NCBI RefSeq assembly: GCF_009914755.1
Contig: NC_060944.1
Source: the human T2T-CHM13v2.0 reference genome, Homo sapiens
Direction: 5' to 3' (one strand)
Length of the DNA stretch: 64,000 nt
Positions 39,845 through 56,267 of this stretch are shown here, piece after piece. The notes below the pieces were generated by a model, which was given only the letters and a program-made list of their open reading frames with translations, searched no databases and had not been told where the DNA came from. Each line of letters begins with the position of its first letter. The first letter of the stretch is position 1. Both the position numbers and the translations under genes were made by a program.

Positions 39845-40495
39845 TTTTGGGGTGAACTTTTAATTGGTTTAACAAATATGGAGAAAAATGCATAATTTAA
39901 AGGTTTACAGCCCAGTGAATTTTCACAGAGTGAACACACCCACGTACTCAGCACCTAGTCCCACCAAACCTTCTCCACGCCCCAGCAACACCATCCCCAA
40001 CCAAGAAAAATCATTACTCTGATCTCTAGCACCATAGAGTGTAGTTGTGCCTGTTTTGAAATGTATATGAATGGAATTACAGATTATCCGCTCTTTGGTG
40101 TTTAGCTTCCTTGGCTCCACATTGCGCCGGCAAGATCCGTGCCTGTTGCTGCCTTAGCGATAGTTTCTTCATGCTTAGGGTTGTCTCAGAGACCGTTCTG
40201 TGGATGTTCCCTAAATTGCTCACTCATTCTCCTAATGATGGACCCAGCTGAGTTAAGTTTGGAGTCATTATGAAGAAGGCTTTTCTGAACATTTTGGTAC
40301 ATGTTTTTTGGTGGACAGAGATATTCGTTTCTCTTGGGTGTATGCCCAGGAGTGGAATTTGAGGTTATAGGGTATGTCTTTGTTCAGTTTAGTAGGTATT
40401 GCCAAACAGCTTCCCAAAGGGTTGTATCAACCAAGACTCCCATCATAATTCACCTGCAATTTTGCATACACCGCAATACTCTAACATCTCTTTTC
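39845..40495 (-). mobile_element. L1ME-like 3' fragment
   Basis: GTGAATTTTCACAGAGTGAACACACCC..GCCTGTTTTGAA..GGAATTACAG..TATGCCCAGGAGTGGAATT. Confidence 0.8.
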
Positions 40496-41514
40496 ATGCA
40501 TGGTGTTGCTTTTTCTTCCTGCCTACCTATTTGCAATTTTCTAACTCATCACCACCCACTGTCCTTCCCAGACCCAGACTTAGCCTGTTGAGCACTGAAC
40601 AGCATCGAAGTTCAAGGTTTGCTGATTACTTCATTGTTTATTTGCCTGTTAAGGAAGGAGGCAAGGAAGGTTAAAAGCAGTTTAGGAATTATGTATCGTT
40701 TCCTCTAACTACAGTCTCATGATACTCCATCCTCACAGGCCAGTTAGAAAGTCAGACATATTGAATGCTGGTAGAGATGGTTTGAGTACTCAGAGAGTGC
40801 AAAAAACAAACAAACAAACAAACAAACAAATACTACGTATTCTTTTCTTCTTAAGGATCAACAGTGTATTCTTTTCTTCTTAAGGATCAACTCATGGTTT
40901 ATATGAATTAAATTTTTGGCAGTAGAATCAAATTAATTTCTAATAGAACTGGGTGGATTTCATCACTATCCAGGCTTCCTTGCATAATATTTGATGAGGG
41001 TGGATATAATCGAAATAAAGCAAATCCCAGCAGTAAATACTGGTGACTCTGAGCTGTCCTCTATGGAAGTAGAACTATCTCTTCAGGCTGGTGGGCATTC
41101 AATTCTACACTTTCCCTCTGATTTTTCATGGAAGGGGGGTTTACTCTTAAATACATAATGGATAAAAATGAAGATGGAGAGTGGATGGAGATTGGATGGA
41201 GAAGTAGGCAGAGGAAATAGTCTTACATCCCCGGATCAGGAAAGAATAAGGGCCCAGAAAAGTGGAAGGAAGCTATAGCACTGGGGGACTCAGAGGACCC
41301 CAAACTCTCTCCCACTATGAAGTTTCCTTGACTACTCAAAAACGACATTTCTTCCTAGTCTGATGACCCCACTCACCCCGTGACTAAAGACCGTGGACAG
41401 CCACGATTTTGGGGCTGACTGCTCATGTCCAGCACCCCCTTCCCTTTGTTCGTGAAGCTCACGTGGAAGCAGAGCCTTACAATGACCCCAGACGTCAGGG
41501 CTGGACCAACTGCC

Positions 41515-41965
41515 CGTATTAGATTTTTAGGGCAGCCAATAACTAAATACCACAGGGTAGCTTAAAACAACAGGAATGTATTCTCTCACATTTCTGGAGG
41601 CCAGAAGTCTAAAATCACAGAGGCAACAGGCCTTGCTTCCCCCAAGATTCTGGGAGGATCCTTCCTGGCCCCTTCCTGGCTCTGGTGGCCGGCAGTCCCT
41701 GGTGTTGCTTGGTGTGTAGAGGCATCGCCACGATTTTTGCCTTGTTGTCCCATGACGGCCTTCTCTCTGCGGGTCTCAGTCCTCACATGGCATTCTCTTC
41801 TTCTTATAAGAACACCAGTTATGCTGGACTAGGGCCCACCCTAATGATCTCATCTTAACTCAGTTACCTCTGCAGAGACCCTATTCCTACTAAGGTCACA
41901 TTCGCAGGTTCTGAGGGGTAGGACTTCAGCGTATCTTTTGTGGGGACACAATTCAACCCAGAATA
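41515..41965 (-). mobile_element. MaLR solo LTR, MLT1C-like
   Basis: CTTAAAACAACAG..TTCTGGAGGCCAGAAGTC..AAGGTCACATTC..GGGGACACAATTCAACCC. Confidence 0.85.
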
Positions 41966-41971
41966 CCCTTT

Positions 41972-42400
41972 GTGTTGGGTCAAGTTCTCTAGAAGTAGAG
42001 CCTGAGGTGAGATTCTTGTTCAAGCAATGGATTAAAGATGTACCTTCCAGAGAAGGAGGGTGAGAGAATCAGGGGAGGGCAGGGGCAAAGGGAAGCAAGG
42101 ATGTGGTCTCAGAGGAAGGTTAGCCTCAGCCTGGCTCCACAGGGTCTCTGAAGAATGAATTCTGCCATACAGTCAGTCCATTTTTAGGCCTGTGAGCCAG
42201 CTTCCTACACACTCATGTCACTCTGTCGTTGGCTAGGAGCCTCCATGGGTGTCATCTCCCAAGCACGGCGGTCCCATCTGCTGAGGACAGTTATCTGGAG
42301 AAAAGGAAGACATTCTCTGCTGTGAGAAGACAATTCTCACCGCAGCTGGGCATCTGTGTGGGGCATGGATGTCAGCCCCAGCACTTCCAGCAGCTGGTTT
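41972..42400 (-). mobile_element. ERVL LTR16A-like fragment
   Basis: GTTCTCTAGAAGTAGAGCCTGAG..CAAGGATGTGGTCTCAG. Confidence 0.65.
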
Positions 42401-42790
42401 GCAGAGGGGGCCACAGACGTGCCTGCTGCCTTCCCGCCCCTCCCCCTCCACTGCCCATCGTCTCTTAAGTTTATACATTGAATGATTAAATGTTACTTTT
42501 GGATAAATCAGATTATTGCCAACTTCCCACTTAATAAATACAGAGCAGTAAGCAATATTTTACATTAAGCATTAAGTTTATACAGTTGATCCTTGAACAA
42601 CGTGAACTTGAACTGCATCGGTCCACTTATATGCAGATTTTCTTCTGTTTCTGCCGCTCCTGAGACACCCCCCACTTCCTCATTTTCAGCTTATTCAATG
42701 TGAAGACATTGCACAAGGATGAAGATCTTAGTGATGATCCACTTCCACTTCATGAATAATAAATATATTTTCTCTTCCTTATGATTTTCT

Positions 42791-43422
<632 letters not shown>

Positions 43423-43563
43423 TGATTTTTTCTTCTGTCTAGCTTGCTTTAAGAGTATAGTGCATAATATCTATAACATATAAAATCTGTGTTAATGGAC
43501 TATTTATGTTATCAGTATGGCTTCTCATGTGTATTAGGCCATTCCTATGTTGCTGTAAAGAAA

Positions 43564-43800
43564 GCCCCACTCTGTGGTTCTTTCTGGGCAATTCTGGGAG
43601 GAATTTAGTGTCCTCAGAGCTCCTGGTGGAACCCAGGCTCAGCTGCCTCCAGCATGAGCTCATATGCTGGTGTTTTTTCTTTCCCTTGCTTCCTTTCCCT
43701 GCTCCCTCACTCCTGCTTCCTGGGCCCACCTCCCAGATAAACCATCTGCATTCAAGTCCTTGTCTCTGGCTCAGCTTTCCCAGAAATCCCACCCAAGACA
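43564..43800 (+). mobile_element. LTR33-like 3' half
   Basis: CACCTCCCAGATAAACCATCTGCATTCAAGTCCTTGTCTCTGG..CCAAGACA. Confidence 0.75.
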
Positions 43801-43997
43801 GCTGCCTAGAAGAACCTTTTACACCCAGTTTTTCTTGAAAAGCATGATTTACTCAAGATCAACCAGCCTATGGGCATTTTCTTGAGGAGTTTGATCGTGG
43901 CTGACGTTGACACTGGGCAAGTCAGCCATGATGGCCTAAAAGCATGGCCTTGGAAGTCCAATCTTTTTTGTGTGCCAGACCTAACCCCAAATTCCAT

Positions 43998-44685
43998 TTT
44001 TTGTTTCAAGTGAGATAAATTTACATACAGTGAAATACATATTTTAAGTGAACAATTCAATGACTGTCAATAACCAAAATTCCTATCAAGATATAGAGCA
44101 TTTTCCTTACCCCAGACAGTTCTTTCATGCTCCTTCCAGTCAAAGGTAACCATTGATCTAATCTCTATGACCTTATATTAGTTTTGTTTGTTCTTGAACT
44201 TGATATCAATGTTTTCACATTGCATGTATTCTTTAGTGTCTAGTTCCCTTTGCTCAACATGTTGTTTTTGAGATCTATCCATTTTATTGTATATATCAAT
44301 CATTTGTTCCTTTCATTGCTGAGTAGTATCTCATATGAAAAAAAACACATTTTGAATATTCATTCCCCTCTTGATGGACATTTGGGTTGTTTCTACTTTG
44401 GAGCTATTAAGAATAAGGATACTATGAACATTCGTATACAAGTCTTTTTCTTGAAGAGCATATACATCTTTTCATTTCTATATATTTGGCTGAATGCCTA
44501 AGAGTGGAAGGCTGCTGGCACTTTTTTAATGTTTTAAAAATCTGCCAACTGTTTTTCAAAGTGGTTGTAGCATTTTATATTCCCACAAAAGTTATAGGAG
44601 AATTCCAGTTATTCAACTTTCTCATCCCTATTTGATGTTGTCACTCTCTTTTAATTATAGACATTCTCATCAAAGTGCCCAAATT
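43998..44685 (-). mobile_element. L1ME-like 3' fragment
   Basis: TTTACATACAGTGAAAT..TTGATGGACATTTGGGTTGTTTC..TTTTCAAAGTGGTTGTA. Confidence 0.85.
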
Positions 44686-44700
44686 GTTTCTTAAGTAGAA

Positions 44701-45095
44701 TGTGATGATTTGGACTATTGTTTACTGACTTCCCTCCCATGGTGAAAAGCGTAGGCTTCCCCACCCCATTGATACTGGGTTTGACCATGAAACTTGGCTT
44801 GACCAGTGGAAGATTAATGGACAATATGGAAGCAAAGGCATGGAATATCCTTGTGCTGTGTCTTGCCCTGTTATGTTTCTGCCAGTGCCACAAGAACATA
44901 TCCTGGCTAATCCACTGATCCAGTAAAGGAGGAAAGATGTGGGGAAGAGGTAGACCCAAATGGCTGCTCAGAGCCAAACACATTGGAGTCCAGCTACTTT
45001 GGACATTTTGGGAATATGTGATCCTTGTTTTAGGCCAATGGGTTGTGGGATGATTTGTTACACAGTATAACTGTGGCAGTGATTGATTGCCACCA
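44701..45095 (+). mobile_element. MaLR LTR, MLT1H-like
   Basis: CCACCCCATTGAT..TTGACCATG..TTGACCAGTGGAA..GATTTGTTACACAG. Confidence 0.7.
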
Positions 45096-47082
45096 TAGAG
45101 CCAGGTGTCCTTGTCAAGCCTGTCAAACTGCCTGGAAGCATAACTGCCCCATTCCCAGCTGGACTACCTGCTGAAGTCTGCATTAACCAACATAGTGAAT
45201 AGCTTCATTCTAACTACTCTGGGCAACCTTGAACTTCTTGCCACTCAATATTTATCAAAGGCTTGATTAAAAGAAACAATATTTACAAAGGACGGTCTGA
45301 AAGTTATGCCATCCAGCCATTGCCTGAGTCCTGTAAAATGTCTCGCTGCATTAATCTCAGGTGGCAGAGAGCTGGTGTCCTAGGACTGAATTGTTTTTGC
45401 TCTCTCAGAACAGCTTCTACCAGGTTGTGTTTTGGCATGACCCTATCAATGTATCACAGAGGAAATTATAGGGGAAACCTTCATGATGCTTGTGTTTGTA
45501 TCTGCTGTAAGGACATTGTTGGGCATGCTCTGTGAAAAGGCAGGGGAGGGGGAGTGAGTTTTATTATGATTGATATTGTTGTAGTGTTAATTATTGACTA
45601 TTCAAACAACCTCTTATCCACTATTCCTGTCTGCAATTTCCCATCACACTAAACTGCGCTGAATGCTTTTGCTTGCGTAATCTTTAAAATATAACTTTAC
45701 TTATTGTACAACTATTATTGTACATATACAGATGCATACATACATATATATAGGAAAATATATAATATACAGACAAACATAGAGAGGGAAATAAAATTTA
45801 TTTCTAAGACTTTCAATCAAAGATAAAGAGTCTGGATTTTGAATCTTGACTGTCCAGACTGGAATTCCACTTGCAGCATTTACCTTTAGCTAACTATTTA
45901 ATCCATCTCTGCTGCTCAAATGGAATCTAACAAGATGTTCAAGCGGGTCTCAGCCCAAGACAATTGATGCTCCTTCCAAATAAGTTGCAAGTCCATGATA
46001 TAGGTTTTATGAAAGAAGTGACTCGTGCTTGCTTTGTGACTTAATTGTTCACCCACAGAAATGGAATAAAAGGACTGGAGGCTACCGGAGAAGAAAGAAG
46101 ATAATTTTTGGAAGAATTGATTCTGCTCTGAGTCCTGTACTCTCACAGAATAGAAAGGTTTAGATGTTCTGTTCATCTCAAGTCAAAGGAATAGTGCCTA
46201 TAGAGAAGTTGAGGGCATGATGAGGTCTCCTGCAGTCATGAAGACACAGTGGACTGGTCTGACCCAAGCCTGACACCTTAAATGGAAAGAAACAAGCTAA
46301 CTGTTCTGATGGCAAAAGGCAAAATGAAGTGGCTGCCCTGAGCAAACTTCACTCCCAGAGTCTCTGAGGACAAAGGATAAACAAGTGTTTCCTGTGTGTT
46401 ATGCATGAAGGAGCATCTTCCTGGAGTCATCCCAGAAGCTGCCTGGGAGTCATCTGAAGAAGCAAAAAGATCACCTTTGAAAGGAGATGGAGATACCACC
46501 AGATGCTTTTTGGCTGGAGAAGGAGTTCATAACCAACCATCCAAAGAGAGACGCTTTCATCAGCAATAAGGTAACTGAATATGGCAGATCCCTAGGGAAG
46601 TAAGAGAACCCATAAACATGGCCCTTGACAAAAATGATGAGCCTTAAACACCTGCAAATCCAGAGAGTGCCAACACCAGCTCTCTACGCTCTCCAGGAGC
46701 CAAGTAACAATGTTCCCACCCCTTTCCCGCCTTTCCTCCTCAGCCCAGCTCCTCCCACCTACTTCCAGGTAAGTCACTCTCCCAGGCTGGGAAAGGGGAA
46801 TAATGGCAACCATGAATGATGCATAAAGTATTGATTACTACCCTGAACTAGGCATATTAGCTATTGACAGGAAAATGGGCAGAAAACACATGAGACATGC
46901 TAATTTTAATCTATGGGCAAGAGGAGAATGAGTCCAAAGGGATCATTTTAAAAGGCAGTGGCACAAAGGAAGCTACTTTGGGATTATATCCTACAAACCA
47001 TGCTGTTTCACCGTACTGGCAATAGGCGGATAATAATGGCATCTAACTTCATAAGGGGAAGGAATAAATGACCTCATTATGA

Positions 47083-47482
<400 letters not shown>

Positions 47483-48409
47483 TAATGGCTTGATTTTAGT
47501 TACGAATGTTCTCAGTTTAGAGTTCAAAAATTATTAAATTTCTATATAAATATACATATATATAATAAATATTAAAATTAATATATAAATTTTAATAAAA
47601 CTAGATTGGTACAATTTTTAGTCATTTAACTACAACTCATGTTATTAAACATTTTTCAAAAGCAAACTTTTTATGGTTACAAATATCCCATCCCACAATA
47701 GCGCAATAATATGCTGAATCATTTAGCTGCTCCTGGATTATTTGAGAGTCATTGTGTTAATACACAGCTCAGCCTGTCAGCACTCTTCCTTTCTAGCCTT
47801 AAGTGCCTGTACATCACAGCATGCCTCCATCAAGTCAGGATTTTTGCCTTATCCCAAACAGGAGAGTAGCTCTAGCATCTTCATTTGTTTTTCACGCAAA
47901 GAACAAAAACTGTCTTGTTCACCAGCTCCTTTTAAAATTCTGTCCATCCTTCAAGCCAAGTTTAAATGCTGTGACTTACAGGAAGCCTCCCCTGATTTTC
48001 TTCTATTCCTTCACCTGCCTCCAAGTGGAAATATTTGTCATCTGCCTTGGTAGAGCTTGACACTTTCCATGGCACTATTATTCTTGTTTTTCTGTGAGAG
48101 TTACTGAATTTGTGTCTTATCTCCATATCTAAACAATAAGCAGCTTGAGGGTAGAGAATGTTCCTTTTTCATTGTGACATTTATTCACCAACATCTGAAA
48201 GTATATGCTACAAGTCATCCATTGTGCGGAGTGATGAGGGGACTAAATAAACAAGACCCAAGATGAGCATCATCATATTTAGTATGAAAAACAGGTATTG
48301 TGATAGGTTATATTAGTTTTTCCAAATACACACTTCCTCACTCTGTGAAAACATCATATCCACTAACATGATCCATTGATCCAATAGACTTGGCCCATTG
48401 ACTTGCTTG

Positions 48410-49095
<686 letters not shown>

Positions 49096-49158
49096 ATGAT
49101 AGAGAAAATTTGCTAGTCACCAGTGGAAGCAGAACATTTATGGCATTAAAAGAGTTCA

Positions 49159-49479
<321 letters not shown>

Positions 49480-49499
49480 TTAAATTGAAATTATGAAGG

Positions 49500-50400
49500 A
49501 GCAGAATCCATGAACAGCAGAAACTATGAGATTGAGAAAAATATAGAGAGAATAAACAAATGGAATCAACTGATAAGAGGAAAAACGAGGACAGATAAAG
49601 AGAGGAGCAAGGATTCCAAGAGAGTTCAAAAATCCCTGTCGGCTTTCAATGTCATTCCAAGTTCAACTGCCTACTTGTAATAAATTACAATAAATTTCCT
49701 CATTCCTAATTCATTTGAATGAATCTCTGTTCCTTGGGACCAAAAAGACTTACTATAACAAAGTTAGTGCCAGGAGTGGGGTTTCATGGAACCAGATACT
49801 CAGAAGATGTGCAGGGTGTTTGGAATAGTAATCAGGGCAGCAAGACAGTCTTTATAACCTGGGATCAAAGGCAATCATTCCATTATAAAGAGCAATGTAA
49901 TGGTACATTAAGCTGCTGCTTGTGGTTGCCTATGACTCAGACTACCTCCATGGGTGAGGCTTTGGAGGTTTGTGTAGCCACAGAGCTGTTTAAAGGAGAT
50001 AAGGTGGGGGCTCAAAACAGCTGTGAACAATTTCCAGTGGCTGAAGAATAAGTTCTGTATCTGGGTTGTGCAGCTGAAAGCAGACCTTTGGGAACATGGT
50101 GTGACCCTACTAAGTAATGCCTTTTATGCTTAGAACTGACACAATGAGTCCATTGAAAAGCAAGTCTAAAAATGGCCGTATGCATTGCTGAATTGCAGCA
50201 TGGGCGAAATTCCCAATATTAACATTTTCTATCACCCAGGTTAAGTATCTGATTGATAAAGACTAGACTTTGCTAATAAACATGGTATATCTGGAAGATA
50301 TTCAAAGATTTGGAGATCCCCTACCCTCTAGACTCTGAACACTTCCCATTTTATCTCCCCCACTGCCATCCTCATCGACGCTACTCTCTCTTCATTAATA
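49500..50400 (+). mobile_element. Old MaLR/ERVL LTR end followed by internal (leader/gag-like) remnant
   Basis: AATAAA..ACTATAACA then AAGTTAGTGCCAGGAGTGGGGT (MLT1-int-like start); degenerate ERVL gag-like peptide near 50185-50300. Confidence 0.45.
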
Positions 50401-50407
50401 ATGGGCT

Positions 50408-51093
<686 letters not shown>

Positions 51094-51405
51094 TTACTAT
51101 TTTTGTGGGCCCCTGATTTTGATGTGCTTATCCTTACAAGAACCTGCCTCTTTCCCAGAGAACTGCCCTATGCTGCTGGAGCCCACTCTAGTAACCTTCT
51201 TCATGACTTTGCCTGACAGCACCATGCTTGATTTTGTCACCATCTTTGCAGAATACTCCTAGTTATGGCCGGGCTTACAGGGCAGAGCCAATGATAAGAT
51301 CACAAAGCATTTGCTTGGCTCCCCAAAATTTTAGGAAAGAAAAGGAAAAAATGAGAGGTGGAGAAAATTTTGTACATACCTAAAATGTTTTAAAACTTTC
51401 CTCTT

Positions 51406-51725
<320 letters not shown>

Positions 51726-52799
51726 TCTTTCCTCTTAATAAATTGAAGAAGTGTTTAAAAATGCTTTCATTTGTCTTTGATAAAAAAGATTACTGTTTGA
51801 AATATTAGAAAATCACTCAGAATTATCTCCACATCAATTCAAATGAGGGCCATATCTGGGAATCTCCTATGTCTGGTCCTTTGGGAACAAGAACAAGAAT
51901 ATAAGTGTGCTGTGTTAAGGAGTTAAGGACACCACCAGCACAAAGAGAGGTGAGATTATAATTTTTAAACAAAATTCTCTTTCATTTGGACTGGGACTAA
52001 TTCATGAATTCCATTGCAATTAAACTGAGTGAGCACAGGCTGAAACCAGCAAGTTCTCCAGGAAGAATCTTTCTTGGTGAAATTGCTTTATAGATTGAGG
52101 CAGTGAGACACCCCACATCAAAATATGACTTTTCCCAGCATCTTGTCTTTTTATTATCAACAGTAAACATGCATCGAGCACCTGTTTTATGTGTCTCGCT
52201 GAATTGCATGCTGGACATGTTTTAATGTCTGCTTAAGGAGGATTTTACCTGTAAGTGGTTTTCAAGGCCATTGAAAGAAAGATAGTTTAGTTACCTAGGA
52301 GGTTCAGATCTAGAGGACAAAAGGACGCAGGCAGAGCAATATGTGCAGCGATACCCTTGACAGCACCATGAGGGGCTTTGCTTTGCACAGGAGAGCCTCT
52401 AATCCAGCTGTGTCCAGGAGTCAGGCAGGTGAGTGTCCCAGGCAGCTGTAGACACCAATCCACAAGCACTTCTCGTGCCTGTAGCCCCAAGGTAAGTAGT
52501 TATCCTTTTTAAAGGAATTATTCTGGGACGTTTATATCCAATAAACACATCTTCTGGCCAGGGGGGCACATCCTGGCTCTGCAGTACTCCGTTTGAGTCT
52601 AATAGTTACCCTCTTCTCAAGGATCCAGATCTTGGCCCCAAACATCCTCCTCTTTGTCCCTTGGACCATTAGGGTCTGTGTTAGGCACCTGCTGTGTTTC
52701 CTGGCCCAGTCTCCATTCTTCTTTCTGCTGCAAGTAATCCTTTGATTTACCTTTGGGGAACTGTGATTACAAGCAGGATTCTAGCCACAAGGCCTATGA

Positions 52800-53395
52800 G
52801 AAGCTGTGATGTAGGAATTCAGAGTCCAGAATATGAAGCTGCTGTGTTTGAGCCCTGGTGATGCCATTTACCAGCTGAGTGACTGTATTAGTCTGTTCTC
52901 ACACTGCTAATAAAGACATACCCAAGACTGGGTAATTTATAAAGAAAAGAGGTTTAACTGACTCACAGTTCCATATGGCTGTGGAGGCCTCACAATCATA
53001 GCAGAAGGCAAAAGAGGAGCAAAGTCACATCTTACATGGTGGCAGGCTAGAGAGCACGTGCAGAGAAACTCTCCTTTATAAATTCAACAGATCTCATGAG
53101 ACTTCTTATTCACTATCATGAGAACAGCACGGGAAAGACCTGCCCCATGATTCAATTACTTCCCACTGTGTCCCTCCCACAACATGTGGGAATTGTGTGA
53201 GCTACAATTCAAGATTTGGGTGGGTACACAGCCAAACCATATCAGTGACCTTGGGCATGTTTCTTACCCTCTCTGTGCTTTCTTTTCCTCATCTGCAAAA
53301 TGAGGGTAGTAGTCACAGGTCCATCGTGGTGAGAGTTAAGTGACTGCATCCAAGAGCCTGCCACAGGCTAAGTGCTCAATCCATGATATCACTAT
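52800..53395 (+). mobile_element. MIR split by THE1
   Basis: GCCATTTACCAGCTGAGTGAC | GTGACCTTGGGCATGTTTCTTACCCTCTCTGTGC..CATCTGCAAAATG. Confidence 0.8.
52884..53244 (-). mobile_element. THE1B-like solo LTR
   Basis: TGTATTAGTCTGTTCTCACACTGCTAATAAAGACATACCC..CAAACCATATCA; perfect TSD GTGAC. Confidence 0.95.
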
Positions 53396-53954
53396 TACCC
53401 CTGCCATCTGGCAGAGCTTTGATAGGAAAGTCAGTCAGCATGTCGTGACCATTCCACAGAGTGGTTATGTGACCCTTGCCAGGCTGATCAGACCATTTCT
53501 CCCGGGAATTTGATTCTTGAACCAAGTGAAAGGACAGAAAAAGTCAGGGAGCCAGTTTATTCAGGTGATGCCATGAAGGTGCTATAAAGAAGCTGTGTCT
53601 ACCTCCCAGCTTTCTAGTTGGCACTGGTCATTGTCCTCCCCAAGCCCTGGCTCTTTAGGCTTTCCTACAGGCCCTGAGAGCTGCCCCTGCCCTTTTAACA
53701 CATCCTTGTTTTGCCTAAGTTGTTCGGGATCTATTTCTATTGTTCATAACCAAAGCATCCTGGCCAACCCAGGTCCCTGTGGTAATGTTGGGGACACTGC
53801 AGTCTTTGTATATTTGATTCAAGTTCGTTGCTTGATTTGCTCAGGCACATTCTCTGGAATGAGAAGAAGTCGAGACTAGGACTCCCTAGCATAATTTGAA
53901 AGCCCTCAGCCCCTAGACATTACAGATCCACCACCCAAATCCCTTTCAAGGAAA

Positions 53955-54459
53955 GACTTGCTTGTCCAGCCACATAAATAATGACCCAAAATTTATTGGC
54001 ACAAAACAATTATTTATTTTTCTTATGGATTCTATGGATGAGAAATTAACAGAGTAGGAGCAACTTGCCTCCAGTCCAAGATTTCTTGGGCTTCAGCTGG
54101 AAGATTCCAATGCTGGGGGCCTGAGTCATTTGAAAGCACATTGCACATTCAGTTGCACATTGGAATTTGGGGCTGGCCATGTTGTCTCTCCCTGTGTCCT
54201 GGGCTTCCTCACAACATGGTGACTGAGTTTCCAGGGTGAGTACTTGGAAGCAGACAAAGCCAGGTAGAAGCCACATGGCTGTTTATGACCTGGCCTCTGA
54301 AGTCACATGGCATCACTTCCCCCAGCATCTACTTACGTTGAATTTCCAGGGGAGAAGAAATGGACTTTACTTTTTGGTGAGTGAATGGAAAGGCTCTGGA
54401 AGAACATGTGGAGTCAAAAATATTGAGTTGGCCATTTTTGGAAAATACAACTTGCCGCA
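53955..54459 (-). mobile_element. MaLR LTR, MLT1F-like
   Basis: GGGCTTCCTCACAACATGG..TTTATGACCTGGCCTCTGAAGTCACA..GGCCATTTTTGGAAAATACAAC. Confidence 0.8.
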
Positions 54460-54939
54460 TGTTCCCTTAGAGCAAAAATAGAAACAGTAAACTTTGGCTC
54501 CACAGGAGAGCTGGAGCTTCACCATCAAGGATGTAAGAAGGAAATATGCAAATATCTGGATTCAAAAGGAAAACATAATGGATAATTTGAAATAGCCAAA
54601 TATTTGTGTCTTATAAGTAAAAACATTAAAACAAGCTTGGAAACCTCTAGATACTTGATCTCATGTAGACCACTGGTTCCTAACTTGAGCCCATGACCCA
54701 AATTGTGATCAATGCAGCCTATGGAGATGTTGTGAAAGTGGCTCAAAGAAAGATGCTATGCTCTGGCCACAGCCCTTGCAACAAACCACAAGGCCATGTG
54801 CAGGAGACCAAGTTTGGGGGTGTTAGGAAATGGCTGGACCATAACGATGATAAAAGCTGTGCTTCCTCCTCACAGCCCTCATGTTAGAGATGCACCAGCT
54901 GTTCTCTGAGGGGCTGGAAGCTGATGCCATGTTTGCTTC

Positions 54940-55355
54940 TGTAGGAGATGCTGCCCATGCCTGTTCACAATGCCTTGCATCCACCCTTCCTGCACATGCC
55001 AACCCTACTGTCTCCTACCATTAGCACCTATGATGCTGGTGGGCATTGAAAGCTGTCAGACAGAGCCCTCTCTTGCCCCAGAACTTGCTCAGCCCATGCC
55101 TGAGGCAGGCCAGAAGTGCCAGGGACTTCATGTCCCACGAGCAACCCTCCACAGGGTGGAGGGTGTCTTTACCTCCACAGGATGAGTCTAAAGCATGTTG
55201 TACACAGGATCCTAGGGGTCCCCAGCAGGATCAAGTGTCTCTTTCCACTCCATTTCCTCACTCCCCTACCAGTGCTGCTTGGCATTGTTTCCAAATAAAT
55301 GACTTGCATTCAAGTCTCAGTCTTAGGGTCAGCCTCTGGAGGATCCCAACCTAAA
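54940..55355 (+). mobile_element. ERVL LTR16/LTR33-like solo LTR
   Basis: TGTAGGAGATGCTG..GGCCAGAAGTGCCAGGGA..CCAAATAAATGACTTGCA..AGGGTCAGCCTCTGG. Confidence 0.75.
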
Positions 55356-55905
55356 TTTAAAATGTACACTCCTGAGACAAAAGAAAGGGGATGGATAGAA
55401 GAATCAAACAGTTTGGGATGTCCTACAAATGAGACTTGAAATCTTAGTCCTGCTTATTTATTAGTCTAATCAGTCTTACATGAGATGGTGATCAGTTTCC
55501 AAAAACAGTCATATTTAGATAATTCCCTCTCAAGCTTCAGGGTCACAAGTCTTTATTACCCTATTAATAGGTAACAAAGACTACAGGGAGCAAGGTGGAC
55601 CTCACACAAGGCCCTTAACTGCTATGGTTCAGTATTCTTATCTGTACAGTGGAAGTAACAATAGTAACCACCACCTCATGGGTTGTATAAATATTAAGTA
55701 TCCCTAATACCTTTAAAACAGGGTCTGTAGCAAATGTGCAGTAAATACCAGTTGCTTTTATATCTAGAAAGTCTCCTCCTGAAAGCCTAAAACTGGTCCT
55801 AAGCTGAGCGCACCAGTTTCCCCCAAACCCATTTTTTAATTAGTGCTCTCCACTGTATTACTTAGAAGGATTAGCTGCTAATTGCTAAAATCAACCCAAA
55901 CTGGC

Positions 55906-56267
55906 TGACATGGTTTGGCTGTGTCCCCACCCAAATCTCATCTTGAATTGTAGTTCCCATAATCCCCACGTGTCGTGGGAGGCACCCAGTGGGAAGTGAC
56001 TGGATCATGAGTGCAGTTTTTCCCATGCTGTTCTCGTGATAGTGAGTGAGTTCTCACAAGATCTGAGGTTTTATAAGCTTCTAGCATTTCCCCTGCTTGC
56101 ACTCATTCTGTCTCCTGGAACCCTGTGAAGAGGTGCCTTCCCCCTTATTGTAAGTTTCCTGAGGCCTCCCCAGTCATGCAGAACTGTGGGTCAATTAAAC
56201 CTCTTTTCTTTGTAAATTGCCCAGTCTCAAGTATTTCTTCAAAGCAGCATGAGAACAGACTAATACA
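55906..56267 (+). mobile_element. THE1 (C/D) solo LTR
   Basis: TGACATGGTTTGGCTGTGTCCCCACCCAAATCTC..GACTAATACA; TSD CTGGC/CTGGA. Confidence 0.95.

Noticed and set aside
53396-53416. CTCF-like motif (minus strand CTGCCAGATGGCAG), plus a weaker one near 59520
   Set aside because: Each mismatches core positions, and single degenerate motifs are expected by chance without ChIP data.
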